Shown piece after piece: positions 52,048 through 64,000 of a DNA stretch of 64,000 nt; position 1 is the first letter of the stretch, and every line of letters starts with the position of its first letter. The position numbers and the translations under genes are program-made. The notes below the pieces were generated by a model, which made no database searches, was not told the origin of the DNA, and saw only the letters and a list, made by a program, of their open reading frames with translations. This DNA is from Octopus vulgaris (Eukaryota), in NCBI GenBank assembly GCA_951406725.2, contig OX597820.1, positions 44,020,001 to 44,084,000 on the forward strand, read 5' to 3'.

Positions 52048-52449
52048 GGCGCAGGAGTGGCTGTATGGTAAGTAGCTTGCTTACCAACCACATGGTTCTG
52101 GGTTCAGACCCACTACGTGGCACCTTGGACAAGTGTCTTCTACTATAGCTTCGGGCCGACCAAAGCCTTGTGAGTGGATTTGGTAGACGGAAATTTAATG
52201 AAGCCAGTCGTATATATGTATACATATGTGTGTGCTTGTTTATGTGTGTTTGTGTGTCTGTGTTCGTCCCCCAACATCGCTTGACAACCAATGCTGGTGT
52301 GTTTACATTCCCGTAACTTAGCGGTTCGGCAAAAGAGACCGATAGAATAAGTACTAGGCTTACAAAGAATAAGTCCTGGCGTCGATTTGCTCGACTAATG
52401 GCGGTGCTCTAGCTTGGCCGCATTCAAATGACTGAAACAAGTAAAAGAC
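52048..52449 (+). mobile_element. SINE family B, full length
   Basis: Same structure as the other copies. Confidence 0.92.
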
Positions 52450-52874
52450 ATAAAAGAGAATTGAAACCTTCCCCGTCGCCAACGTCCTTACTACGTCCAT
52501 GTGATTGTACCCATTTCATCGTCTTCGTAGGAACAAAATGCAAAAGTTAATCTCTAGTTAATGTGAACTCAAACTTTAAAAGGACGAATAAAAAATATTT
52601 CAATACGGCTCTCTACCTAACAACTCACCGGTCTCATAACTTGAGTGATCCATGGAGTCCTCATGTGGCAGCGGCTATCCTGCTTGAAAATGCATCTCTC
52701 TCAAATCACATTCTGCTACCTTAAGTGAAGCAAGGAAGTACAAGATATTGTATTGCTATTAATAGACCACTGAAAACAAATAAAAAAAGCCAGAATCGTA
52801 GCTGTTGGAATTTTTGTTCTCAAGAGTTCTCAATCAAGATTTACCTGAAGTTAAATACTTCAAATAACAACAAT

Positions 52875-54632
52875 CCTTTCTACTATAAGCACAAGGTCTG
52901 GAATTTTGGGACAGGTGATAGTCGATTTCATCGACCCCCAGTGCTCAACTGGTACTTATTTTATCGACCCCAAAACAATAAAAGGCAAAATTGATCAGAG
53001 CGGATTTGAACTGAGAACATAAAGACGGACGAAATGACGCTAAGCACCTAGCTCGCCGCCTTAACGACAATAATAATAATATTCCTTTCTACTATAGGCA
53101 CAAGGCCTGAAATTTGGGGAGAGGCGATAGGTCGATTACATCGACCTCAGTGCGTAACAGGAGCTTAATATATCGACCCCGAAAAGATGAAAGACCTCGG
53201 CGGAATTTGAACTCAGAACGTAGCGGCAGACGAAATACCTATTTCTTTACTACCCACAAGGGACTAAACACAGAGGTGACGAACAAGGACAGACAAACGG
53301 ATTAAGTCGATTACATCGACCCCAGTGTGTAATTGGTACTTAATTTATCGACCCCGAAAGGATGAAAGACCATTTCAACCTCAGCGGAATTTGAACTAAG
53401 AACGTAACGGCAGACGAATTACCGCTAAGCATTTTGTCCAGCGTGCTAACGATTCGGCCATCTCGCCGCCTAATAATAGCAATAGCTTATAAAAGTAAAC
53501 CATACGTGATTGTGTATGTATTTGTGTACGTATCGGCGTTTACTGTATGTAAATATGAGTGAACATGTGTATTTCGTCTGTCTTTACGTACTGAATCGAA
53601 ATTCCGTTGAGGTCGACTTTGCCTTTCATTCTTTCGAGGTCGATAAATTAAGTACCAGTTGCGTACTGCGGTTGACCTAATCGACTGCTCCCCCCCCCCA
53701 CAAAAAAAATTCGAGCCTTGTGCTTTGAGTAGAAAAGATTATTCTACAAACTTTAATACCTGCCCGTATTAAGCCGGCGAGCTGGCAGACTCGTTAGCAA
53801 GCCGAGCGAAATGCTTTGCAGCATTTTGCACTTCCTTACACTCTGAGTTCAAATTCCGCCGTGGTCGTCTTTGCTTTTCATCCTTTCGGAGTCGATAAAA
53901 TAATAAATACCAGTTCAGCACTGAGGTCGATGTAATCGATTTACCACTTCCCCCAAAACTGGCTGCTCTAAGCCAAAATGCGAAACCAATATAAGCCTGA
54001 ATTTAGACAGCGAGATGGCAGTCGTTACCACGCCAGGCGAAATGCTTAGCGACATTTCGTCCAACTTTAGGGTCAGAGTTCAAATTCAGCCGAGGTCGAC
54101 ATTGCCTTTCATCCTTTTGGCGTCGATAAAATAATAAATACTAGTTGAGCCGGCGTGCTAACGATTCTGCCAGCTCACCGCCTAATAATAGCAAACCATA
54201 TGTGATTGTATATGTGTTTGTGGGCGTATCGGCGTTTACTGTATGTAAATATGAGTGAACATGTGTATTTCGTCTGTCTTTACGTACTGAATCGAAATTC
54301 CGTTGAGGTCGACTTTGCCTTTCATTCTTTCGAGGTCGATAAATTAAGTACCAGTTGCGTACCGGGGTCGATATAATCGACTTAATTCGTTTGTCTGTCC
54401 TTGTTTGTCCCTTCTGTGTTTAGCCCCTTGTGGGTAGTAAAGAAATAAGTATTTCGTCTGTTTCTACGTTCTGAGTTCAAATTCCGCCGTGGTCATCTAT
54501 TCCTCCCATCCTTTTGGAGTCGATAAAATAAGTACCAGCTGAACATTGTGAATAGGTGGGGGGGCAATGTAATCGAATTACTCCTCCCCCTCTCCCACGA
54601 AACTGCTAGCGTTGTACCAAATTTGGAAACCG
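52875..54632. mobile_element. Dense cluster of about 8 SINE family A units on both strands
   Basis: Minus units at 52875-53062 and 53080-53472 (tail-A junction about 53239). Plus units at 53568-53742, 53772-53990, 54010-54150 and 54265-54632 (tail-A junction about 54449). Confidence 0.88.
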
Positions 54633-55549
54633 ATATATGCCCGAATTATTAAAGAATTACTGCTGCCATTAGTTGTCGTTTTGCTGTTGTAGTAATTGTT
54701 GCTGATTTTTGCTGCTGTTGAACTCGAGATCTGGCCCCATCGAGTAGATCTATGATCATATTCGTTTTCTCAGTGAACCATTCCATTTTTATTTCGCAGT
54801 TATATATATATATATATGGCAGCATCCTCAAATGTGTTCTATATTTTCATGGTAGGGTGTGACTAGAGAGACATTCAGCTCCTACTGTTGTCAGGTTGAC
54901 TGACCGCTCCCAAGTTGGCTGCTTTGCCCCTTCGATGTTCTTATTAACGTTGACCACTCAGCTGTGATACTGCAGTTGTAATTATGATAATCTTCTACAG
55001 GTTTTATTAAACCATGAAGTGTAACACACTCGGCCGCATAAGCGTGCGGTATGGATTGAACGTTTGACCTTTAGGCCACGAAGGCCCAGAGAGTTAACTG
55101 ATCAGGCAAAACGTCTCCGATGGAGAGTGAAGAAGGGAGTAGAAAGAGAAGGAAAAAAGGGGGAAAAGAAAACAGTGTATAGTTACATAAAAACCTCCGG
55201 AAGAAAAAAAAAAGAAGAAAAAACATAATAGCTTCAGACCATGCGCTTGACATTCATGGTTTCTTAACTCCATGGAGACAATGGACAGAGGAGGAAGATG
55301 ATTTTGTTTTTGTTTAGTTATTTATTTATTTTATAATTACTTCGAAGGAACTGAATCAAAGATCGGGGTGCGCGTGCGTGTGTATGTGCGTGTGTGCACG
55401 CGTGCATGTGTGTGTGCACGCGTGTATGTGTGTGTGTGTATGTGTGTATATGCGTGTGTATGTGTGTGCGTACGTGCGTGTGTATATGCATATGTGTATG
55501 TGTGTTTGTGTGTGTATGTGTGTGTGTGTGTATGTGTGTGCGTACGTGC

Positions 55550-55595
<46 letters not shown>

Positions 55596-57264
55596 TATGT
55601 GGTGAGTGAGGGTAGGGTTAATATCTTGTTTAGATTTTGCACTCCTGTAGATATTGCCCAGCAGCTACTGTCTTCTTGTGCCGGTAGTGAATGGCATTTA
55701 GAAGTGGGCGGAATGGATTTGGGTAGCGGTGAGAGACAGAACAGAGTTGGCGTGAGTGTGGGCAGGGCAGGGGAGAGGCGGCTGGAATGGTGCTGCCAAA
55801 GGATGCGCGTCTCCATCCTACCAACCAGAATAGGTCGGACCCGGTCATTTTGATAATACAATGACTCATGTTTGGAACCGGATAAATGATGGCTGAGTAG
55901 AAGGCAAGAACAATGTGTAACGTAGAATTGTGTGGCGGCATTGGCGGCAATGGTGGGATGGCAGCGGCGGTGGTGATGGTGATGGTGATGGTGATGGTAT
56001 TGGTGGCGGCAATGGTGGGAGAAAATACTGCAAGCAAGGGAGATAAGAATGGAAGCAGGTGGGGAGAATGGGGAAAAAAAGAGAAGGAAATGGTTTTTAA
56101 AATGGTAGAGAGGAAGGAAGGAGTGCAATGAGATGAAAAGAAGCAGGATGAAAAAGAACATGAATGGCGAAGAACGAAATGTGAGAAAAGAAGCCAGACG
56201 GAGAAGAGGCTGAGAGAAAAGGTGAGCGTTAGGGGGGTGATGTGGGGATACAGTGGAACGAGAGGACAGATAAAAGAAGGGTGAATGAGAGGAAAATATA
56301 TTGACGAAGGAGAGAGAGAAAGTTGAATGGTATTATTTGAAATTCTGTAGAAGAGGAATTAGTAAACGTAAAGGAAAATAGGAAGAGGCAGTAAATGATG
56401 AGCGAGGTATTAAGTCACACATGTAAAAGGAAAGTCATGTTTACGGAGACATAAGTGAAAGTGGCTTTAAGTAGGAATCGAAACCGTGTTATACACATGC
56501 TATTGCACCTTGTCAGTCACTACTCAAAAGTAATGCAAAGTTATTGCTTCTGAAACCGAAACAATAACTTTCTAACGTAACTTCTTGCCCATTTTGTGAT
56601 GGGAAAATGGCGAATTCACACGTTTACCCGTTAATTTTATTTCTTACTGGGGCACAAAGGCTCAAATGTAATAGACGGGTTTAATCTATTAGATTGCTTA
56701 CAGTATTCAATCAACTGATGTTGTGTTATCGACAACGGAAGCGTGAAAGTAATAGTTGACCTTCGCAGAATTTGAACTCAAACGCAAATTTTGTCAAAAT
56801 ATTCTTTTTCTATAGGCACAAGGCTTAAAATATTGGGGGAGTGAGGTCAGTCGATTACATGAACCCTTGTAATTAACTGGTACTTATTTTATTGACTAGA
56901 AAAGAATGAAAGGTTAAAGTGACCTCGGCGATATTTGAAATCAAAACGTAAAGAACTAGAAAAGTGCCACAAAGCACTTAAGCATTTTATCCCTTGTGTT
57001 AACGAACCTGCCAGTACACCTTATTAATTTTGTCAAAATATTAGTTTCAAAGTTTGGAACAAGGCCAGCAATTTCGGACGAGCGGCTGTCGTCTGTCTTG
57101 GTGCACAATTTCTATTCTCACGCTATCACTGAGGTTTGATACAATTTCTAACAGACATACAAAATGACAATTATTTCCTTTTTTATAAGGATAGAGACAG
57201 TCAATAATATTGCTCCAGGATTTGATTAGTATTTATTTTAATGATAGCAAAAGGATAAAAAGTA

Positions 57265-57622
57265 AAAGGCCTGAAATTTTGGGGGAGGGTACCAGTCGAT
57301 TAGGTCGACCCCAGTATGGAACTGAATTTATCGACCCCGAATGGGTGAAAGGCAAAGTCGAGAATGTAAAGACAGACGAAATACCTATTTCTATTTCTTT
57401 ACAACCCACAAGGGGCTAAACACAGAGAGGACAAACAAGGACAGACAAACGGATTAAGACGATTATATCGATCCCACTGCGTAACTGGTACTTATTTAAT
57501 TGACCCCGAAAGGATGAAAGGCGAAGTCGACCTCGGCGGAATTTGAACTCAGAACGTAACGGCAGACGAAATACTGCTAAGCATATTGCCCGGCGTGCTA
57601 ACGTTTATGCCAACTCGCCGCC
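57265..57622 (-). mobile_element. SINE family A: head, tail-A unit, then body with tail B
   Basis: Minus-strand junction GTAAAGAAATAGAAATA|GGTATTTCGTCTG at about 57385. Confidence 0.88.
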
Positions 57623-57803
57623 TATATATTATGATGTATCATATACATTATAATATAGGTAGTTATAGAAATTAAAAGCCAAAACCGTAAAATACATAAA
57701 TAAGGGTGCAATTGCTTGAAATAGGAGCTAAAATATTCGAGTTATATTTTTTAGCTTCTACTTCTAGCAATTGCAGGTGCTGTTTGCGCCCTTATATATA
57801 CAT

Positions 57804-57862
<59 letters not shown>

Positions 57863-57909
57863 GATAAACTTAATTGGATGCGTGGCGTTCAATCAAATAA
57901 GAATATAAA

Positions 57910-57964
<55 letters not shown>

Positions 57965-58075
57965 GCATATATACATACATATATGTACGTACATACATAC
58001 ATACATACATACATACATACATACATACATACATACATACATACATACATACATGCATACATACATATGCATATG

Positions 58076-58397
58076 GGTATGCATATATGGGTACAGGACG
58101 TAACAAAGCGTAAACAACATGAAATACGAAAATAGAGTTGGATACGCAAAGAACTCGAGAAACAAATGGAAAACAAGACAACATAAAAAAACGACCCTTC
58201 ATCAGTTGTCAGCTGTCCTTGTCGTTCAATGCTCGAAATAAAGAGTAGAAAGACAGCCGACAACTGATGAAGGGTGCTTTTTTTATGTTACTTGTCTTCT
58301 TTCGCATTTGTTTCTCTCGTTCTTTGCGTACCCAACTTTATTTTCGTATTTCATGCTGCTTACGTTTTGTGACGTCCTGTACCCATATATGCATACC
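58076..58397. repeat. Foldback element, about 142-bp inverted arms with 34-bp spacer
   Basis: 58076-58217 is an imperfect reverse complement of 58252-58397. Confidence 0.9.
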
Positions 58398-58437
58398 TAC
58401 ATACATATATATGTATATATGTACATATATGCATGTA

Positions 58438-60137
58438 CACTTGCGTCGGAAATTAATTAGCACTTCTCAAATTTCTACATTTTCTTACATTTTCTTAATT
58501 TAATTAACTTATTATCAGAAACAAACTCGTTTTTAATCAAAAATTTATTAAAACATATCCCAGCACACCACATAATTGTTATTAATCGTGAAATTTAGTC
58601 AATATCTTGTTGCTCCTCCTTTGGCAGCAATGACAGCTGCTACGCGGGTCGGCATGCTGTCTATGAGTGCCTGCAGGTACTGTGCAGGGATGCCCCCCCC
58701 TTGCAGCAAGAAGTGCCCCAAACAACTTGTGTCGGTTCCTGTATTGTTGCACATTCAAATCCCTACCCAATCGACTCCAGATGTTCTCAATAGGGTTCAG
58801 GTCAGGTGACTGGCCAGGCCAGTCCATGACCGTCACCCCATGGTCCTTGAAGAAACCGGTTGTGAGCTTGGCTGTGTGGGAAGGCGCGTTGTCCTGCTGG
58901 AATCAGTACTCCTCGCCCCCAAAGAGGTATCCCGTACTATCTCAACGTACTTTGCTGCGTTGATGTTGCCTTCGACGGCATAGAAACGCCCGACACCACT
59001 GTAGCTGAACGCCCCTCACACCATCAGACCACCCCCACCTTGCTTCATGGTGGGAGCAATGCAGTCTTTGTTGAAGCGCTCACCCCTGCGGCGTCGCACA
59101 TGGACAGGCTTGTCACTGACGAGACTGAATCGCGACTCGTCAGTGAACATCACTGTCCGCCACTGCTGCACGGTCCATGTCTTGTGGGCACGGGCCCAGA
59201 GCAGCCGCCTCTTCCGGTTTTGGGCTGTAAGGAGAGGCCCTACAGGATTTTAGACCAGCTTCCAGTAATCTGGTCATGACGGTGGTTGTAGACAACTGCT
59301 TCCCTATCATCTTTTGCATCTCCTCCGCCAGTTGCCGGCTCGTTACCCTTCGGTTGTACAGTGACTTTCGGATCAGCATCCGGTCCTCCCGCTGGGTCGT
59401 CAGCCTCTTCCGTCCCCTACCCTTTTTGTCAGCTGCTGATCCGGCTTCCTCGTATTTCTTAAATAAGCACTGAATTGTGCGCCTGGCTACACCAAGTTTT
59501 CTGGCTATTGCAACCTCCGACAGCTTCCCACGCCACGAGAGAGCCTTGTACCGTCTCTCCAAGGTCATGCGAGGTCTTGGGCCCATCTAGGAATGAACGA
59601 TAAAAACCAGTTATTTTCATTAAAACTATTCATTTGAATAATGTTATGCTATAACAAAACTGCTATGAGTTATTATTCATTAAACAAAAAAGAAAGAAAG
59701 CAGAATTTCTCACCTTATTTGATGTATAACAGAAAGTTTTGTGAACTGGAAGTGACGTCACCAAGCAGAGTGTAGGAGAATTTGTGAGGAAAAAAATCTT
59801 GCAAATACACAAATCAATTAACCTACAAGCTGTTCAAAACGTCTTACGCGATGAGAAAACTTAGTACGGTGTGATTTCGGTCCTTGCGAGGTGCTACCTA
59901 TATCTATTAAACAAAGGAAGATTTGTCTGCATCCGCACTCCAAGTTGTTGTTGCACTGCTATGTCAACATCATTAGGCTGTAGACTCTCAAACCGCTCTG
60001 CAAACAAAGTTACGTCATCGTTCTGCGCAACAGTGAACTCGCAACAAAGCAATAGTTCGAGATATGGCCACTAGGTGACAGCAAATACCTTGAGTGAAGA
60101 GCAAATCAAGGGTGCTAATTAATTTCTGACGGTAGTG
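58438..60137 (-). mobile_element. Near full-length Tc1 (DD34E-type) transposon, 1.7 kb
   Basis: 26-bp TIRs CACT..CGTC.GAAATTAATTAGCAC, TA flanks, transposase inside. Confidence 0.95.
58599..59586 (-). pseudogene. Tc1 transposase, frameshifted
   Basis: HTH region IARKLGVARRTIQ, GRGRKRLTTQREDR, FTDESRF, FQQDNAPSHTA, WPGQSPDLNPIENIW, C-terminal AVIAAKGGATRY*. Confidence 0.93.
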
Positions 60138-60292
60138 TATATATACACATACACACACACACACACACATATATATATACATATACATATACACACACAT
60201 ATATATATATATGTTACAGGAATGTAAACACACCAACACCGGCTGTCAAGCAATGGTGGTGGGGACAAACACAGACACAAAGACACACACGC

Positions 60293-60367
<75 letters not shown>

Positions 60368-60423
60368 CACTTGCGTCAGAAATTAATTACCGCACGAAGT
60401 TCAGTATAATATTGTATATACAG

Positions 60424-60623
60424 GAAAACAGGCTTGAAATCGAAAAATTAGAAATGGCAGTCAAGAATGCTTATTTCTATCAAAGTTGGACTCGGGCATG
60501 ACAGACCCTGTAATTCACATATGCAAAACACTGTCATGTCATGCCCGGAGTCCAACTTTGATAGAAATAAGCATTCTTGACTGCCATTTCTATTTTTCGG
60601 TATGCGTCAAGCAACCTGTTTTC
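60424..60623. repeat. Inverted repeat, about 80-bp arms, core nearly perfect
   Basis: TAGAAATGGCAGTCAAGAATGCTTATTTCTATCAAAGTTGGACTC is mirrored exactly on the other arm. Confidence 0.92.
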
Positions 60624-60635
60624 TGTCCCTTTTTT

Positions 60636-60700
<65 letters not shown>

Positions 60701-60716
60701 TATATATATATATATA

Positions 60717-60913
60717 CACTTGCTATGTCAGAAATTAATTAGCACTTCTCAAATTTCTACATTAAATAGGTTAAATCAATTAACCTATGAGCTGTTCAAA
60801 ACGTCTTACGCGATGAGAAAACTTAGTATAGTTCAAGATATGGCCACTAGGTGACAGCACATACCTTGAGTGAAGAGCAAATCAAGGGTGCTAATTAATT
60901 TCTGACGGTAGTG
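60717..60913. mobile_element. 197-bp MITE derivative of the adjacent Tc1
   Basis: Both TIRs plus segments matching 58438-58480, 59811-59866 and 60052-60137; TA flanks. Confidence 0.92.
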
Positions 60914-60930
60914 TATATATATATATATAT

Positions 60931-61107
60931 ATATTTATGCGCGTGTCTTTGTGTCTGTGTTTGTCCCCACCACCATTGCTTGACAGCCGGTGTTGGTGTG
61001 TTTACATTCCTGTAACTTAGCAGCTCGGTAAAATGACTGATAGAATAAGTACTAGGCTTACAATAAATAAGTCCTTGGCCGCAGTTAAATGACTGAAACA
61101 AGTAAAA
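60931..61107 (+). mobile_element. SINE family B 3' half
   Basis: Matches the family B 3' region. Confidence 0.85.
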
Positions 61108-61427
61108 ACAATAGGCAAGACATTGTTTTATCTATCGTTCTAGCAATTCTATCAAGTTACCAGCGTCGTTGCAGTTTAAAATGAAAAATAACTAAATGTT
61201 TCGAAGACATGAGGGATGCTGATGATAAAGCTATGTGGGGACAGGCTTGGTACTTCATCATATCGAACGTAAAATCTTACCTATACGAACTGTGCCTTTT
61301 ATCTGCGCAGAGTGGATACAATAAATACCATTAAGATACTCATATCGGTGTTATCGACTCTACTTTAAGCTCTAACAGAAACAAGTGTGTCATTGCTGTT
61401 TCTATGTCGGTAGGTTTTTTTTTTTCA

Positions 61428-61470
<43 letters not shown>

Positions 61471-61508
61471 TACTACTACTATTATTATTATTATTATTAT
61501 CATCATCA

Positions 61509-61544
<36 letters not shown>

Positions 61545-61777
61545 GTTTGACTTTTGCTTTATGTCTGTATATATATATACATATATATATATACGTGTGT
61601 GTGTGTGTGTATTATATATATATACGTGTGTGTGTGTGTGTGTATTATAATTATTTATTAATTATAAAATTTCATTTATAAGCCATTTAACGGCATTATT
61701 GCTTGCACCCACTAATATTATTGTTACTGTTATTAACACATTGACTACTAATGATGATGATGATGATGATGATGATG

Positions 61778-61828
<51 letters not shown>

Positions 61829-62095
61829 TCTATATGAATATTCATTTGAATATTTACTCATATATGTATGTGTGTGTGTGTATTATTTGCTTCACTCATT
61901 AGACTGCAGCCATGTTTGGGTACAGTCTCGAAATTTTTACGTCGAATGAATTGACACAAGTACTTTTCATTAAGGTCTTGTGCTTATTCTATGGAACTCT
62001 TTTGCTAAGCTGTTAGGTTATGGCAACGTAAACACAGACACACATACATACGTACATACATACATACATACATACATACATACATACATACATAC

Positions 62096-62160
<65 letters not shown>

Positions 62161-62164
<4 letters not shown>

Positions 62165-63247
62165 ACGGAATCTACCACCTGCCTTCGCTCAAATTCTTCG
62201 GGAAAAAAACCCGGGACCCTACCAAGTCAAGCGACGACGATTTACCGGCCCGATCGATTGGAAAAAAGGTCGCCACGGAAAGAGAGAATTCGGTGGGGGA
62301 AAGCGGCGGCAAACACGGCAACCGGCGACCGGAGATAACGACAACAACAACAGTAGCAAGAGATACAAAGAGAGACAGCGGAAGGCAATTGGCTTACATT
62401 TAACAACAGTTTATACAATTATACAACAAATCAAATAAATCAAAGATACATCAGGTATACAACAAATCAAAGCATTTAAACATGCAGATACAGTTCAATG
62501 TTCAAATCAGTTCAATTCACGATACAGTTCAGAGACAAATTAGAACAGTTCAATACATTAAAGTCTTTCTCTTTCTTTTACATTTCATTATCAATACAAC
62601 AATCAAACACAGTTCTTTTCTTGCTTTCTGCAATTCTGTAACAGTTCTTTATAATCTCTGTTCCTTAATTCACAGTTCTTTTCACATATCAAACATAAAC
62701 AACACATACCGTTTCAACTCCTACTATAATAGCAGTGCCTTCTATCCGCCGTAATCCCTCTCTCGCTCTCAGTCCTCTGTGTATGTCTTTCTCAACCTCT
62801 CATCCTCTCACTGTCTGCCTGTCGTTCTCAACGATGTAGTTGCCCCTCGACATCGCCACCTCTTGGCTGACCGTCCGTATCACTGCTGTCCCTGGCCAAA
62901 ACTGCCCCGTTGCCGTCTCAGGCAGAACTACATATTGCCAACTCGCTCTGTTCCCGACTGTCTGACTGACTGCCTGAACACAATCCCAACTGCCGACTGA
63001 ATGTCCCGTCTCTCGTATCAGTCCCGTCTCTTCTAGAGCTCCCGGCCGAACTGTCACAAACTCACAGCTCGTCGCTTTTTAAAGGGTCTTCTTTGACCGG
63101 GAAAAGGACAGAGGTCTTTCCGAAGGCCATTACTCTTTCGTGAATCTGACAGAACAAAGGACAATAACTTTAGATTCCAGACCTTCAGACTACAAACGAG
63201 CCAAGTAGGTCATAGCAGTTGTTTCCCGAATTGACCTACTCGTATCA
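62161..63247 (-). mobile_element. Probable solo LTR (1087 bp) inserted in (TA)n
   Basis: TG...CA termini with imperfect inverted ends TGTTACG/TGATACG, ATAT on both flanks, and a TATA-like TTTAAAAAG followed by CAGTT on the minus strand. Orientation is inferred. Confidence 0.7.
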
Positions 63248-63291
63248 ATATATATATATACTTGTGTGTGTGTGTGTGTGTGTGTGTATAC

Positions 63292-63428
63292 AACGGGTTT
63301 CTTTCAGTTTCCGTCTACCAAATTCACTCAAAAGGCCTTGGTCCGCCTGAGGTTGTAGTAGATGACACCTTCTCAAGGTACCACGTAGTGGGACTGAAGC
63401 CCAAGCCATGTGGTTGGGAAGCAAGCTA
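63292..63428 (-). mobile_element. SINE family B 5' part, diverged
   Basis: Head remnant and CORE-like region. Confidence 0.8.
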
Positions 63429-63449
63429 ACCACCAGCCAGGAAAGTATG

Positions 63450-63953
63450 GAATGGAGCAGGTGAAACACGGATTACAACCGTTTCATAGTAGAGCAATGC
63501 TTGTAACATACACAGAATCAGCTTGGCCAATCTTGAGGAGTTATTACTGATAAGTTGCTTACATTGCCACGTTGAAATGAAGAAATGAACTACCAAACAA
63601 GTCACAGCTCGAATAGCAAGTTGAATAAAGACAAACATCAAAATCAAATGATCAATGAAAGTATTAGTTAGAGGGTAGGTCGCCCTGAAAGGAAACAAGG
63701 TGTGTGTTTCTATTGTTGTTATTAGTGGAAAGAAAATGATGCGATGTAAAGGTGGCAGGAGGACTAGCAATAAAACTTCTTTACATTAAGGTGTCATAGA
63801 AATAGTAAGAGACAAAGAACTGATAGCGCAAAAGTTCTAGACGGTAATAGCACCTGAAGGTTAGCTAGGCTGGTTTTGTGTATATTACAACTTATGTAAC
63901 AAGCATTGCTTTGGTATGAAACGGTTGTAGTCCGTGTTTTACCTGTTCTATTT
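63450..63953. repeat. Foldback/MITE-like element, about 100-bp inverted arms
   Basis: CAGGTGAAACACGGATTACAACCGTTTCATA...AGCAATGCTTG is mirrored at 63899-63945, with weaker pairing extending inward to about 63549/63841. Confidence 0.85.
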
Positions 63954-64000
63954 GTTTTTGCTACTGTTGTTTAGCAAGTGCTGTCTGAAAAAGACTGCGA

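Noticed and set aside
58201-58275. CTGATGA in both foldback arms as hammerhead cores
   Set aside because: No stem II/GAAA downstream; the upstream GAAA does not yield stems I and III.
59114-59146. Palindromic CACTGACGAG...CTCGTCAGTG with CTGACGA boxes
   Set aside because: Lies in the Tc1 FTDESRF coding region; no GAAA box.

Overview
AT-rich, microsatellite-saturated animal genomic DNA, most likely a coleoid cephalopod such as Octopus (inferred from the repeat landscape, not verified). I found no supportable host protein-coding exon. Nearly all ORF-track entries are microsatellite translations or transposon remnants. The window is a transposon graveyard: three tRNA-headed SINE families (labelled A, B, C here), Tx1/L1-clade, RTE/BovB and CR1-like LINE fragments, several Penelope-like (GIY-YIG) fragments, a mariner, a near-complete Tc1 with a local MITE derivative, a solo LTR, several foldback elements and a U2 snRNA 5' fragment. 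Two signals stand out. (1) An apparent target-site-specific LINE/SINE system: two Tx1-like LINEs are stacked head-to-tail at the motif GGTATTTCGTCTG inside a SINE-A head. A SINE-A variant carries a 3' tail resembling the Tx1 3' end and is followed by that same motif at six junctions, which would explain the head-to-tail SINE arrays. (2) Several type I hammerhead ribozyme motifs: three with intact cores (5202-5265, 6531-6580, 28112-28156) and two degenerate. One sits in the spacer of a 357-bp foldback element. All alignments and RNA folds were done by eye, and boundaries are approximate to a few bases.
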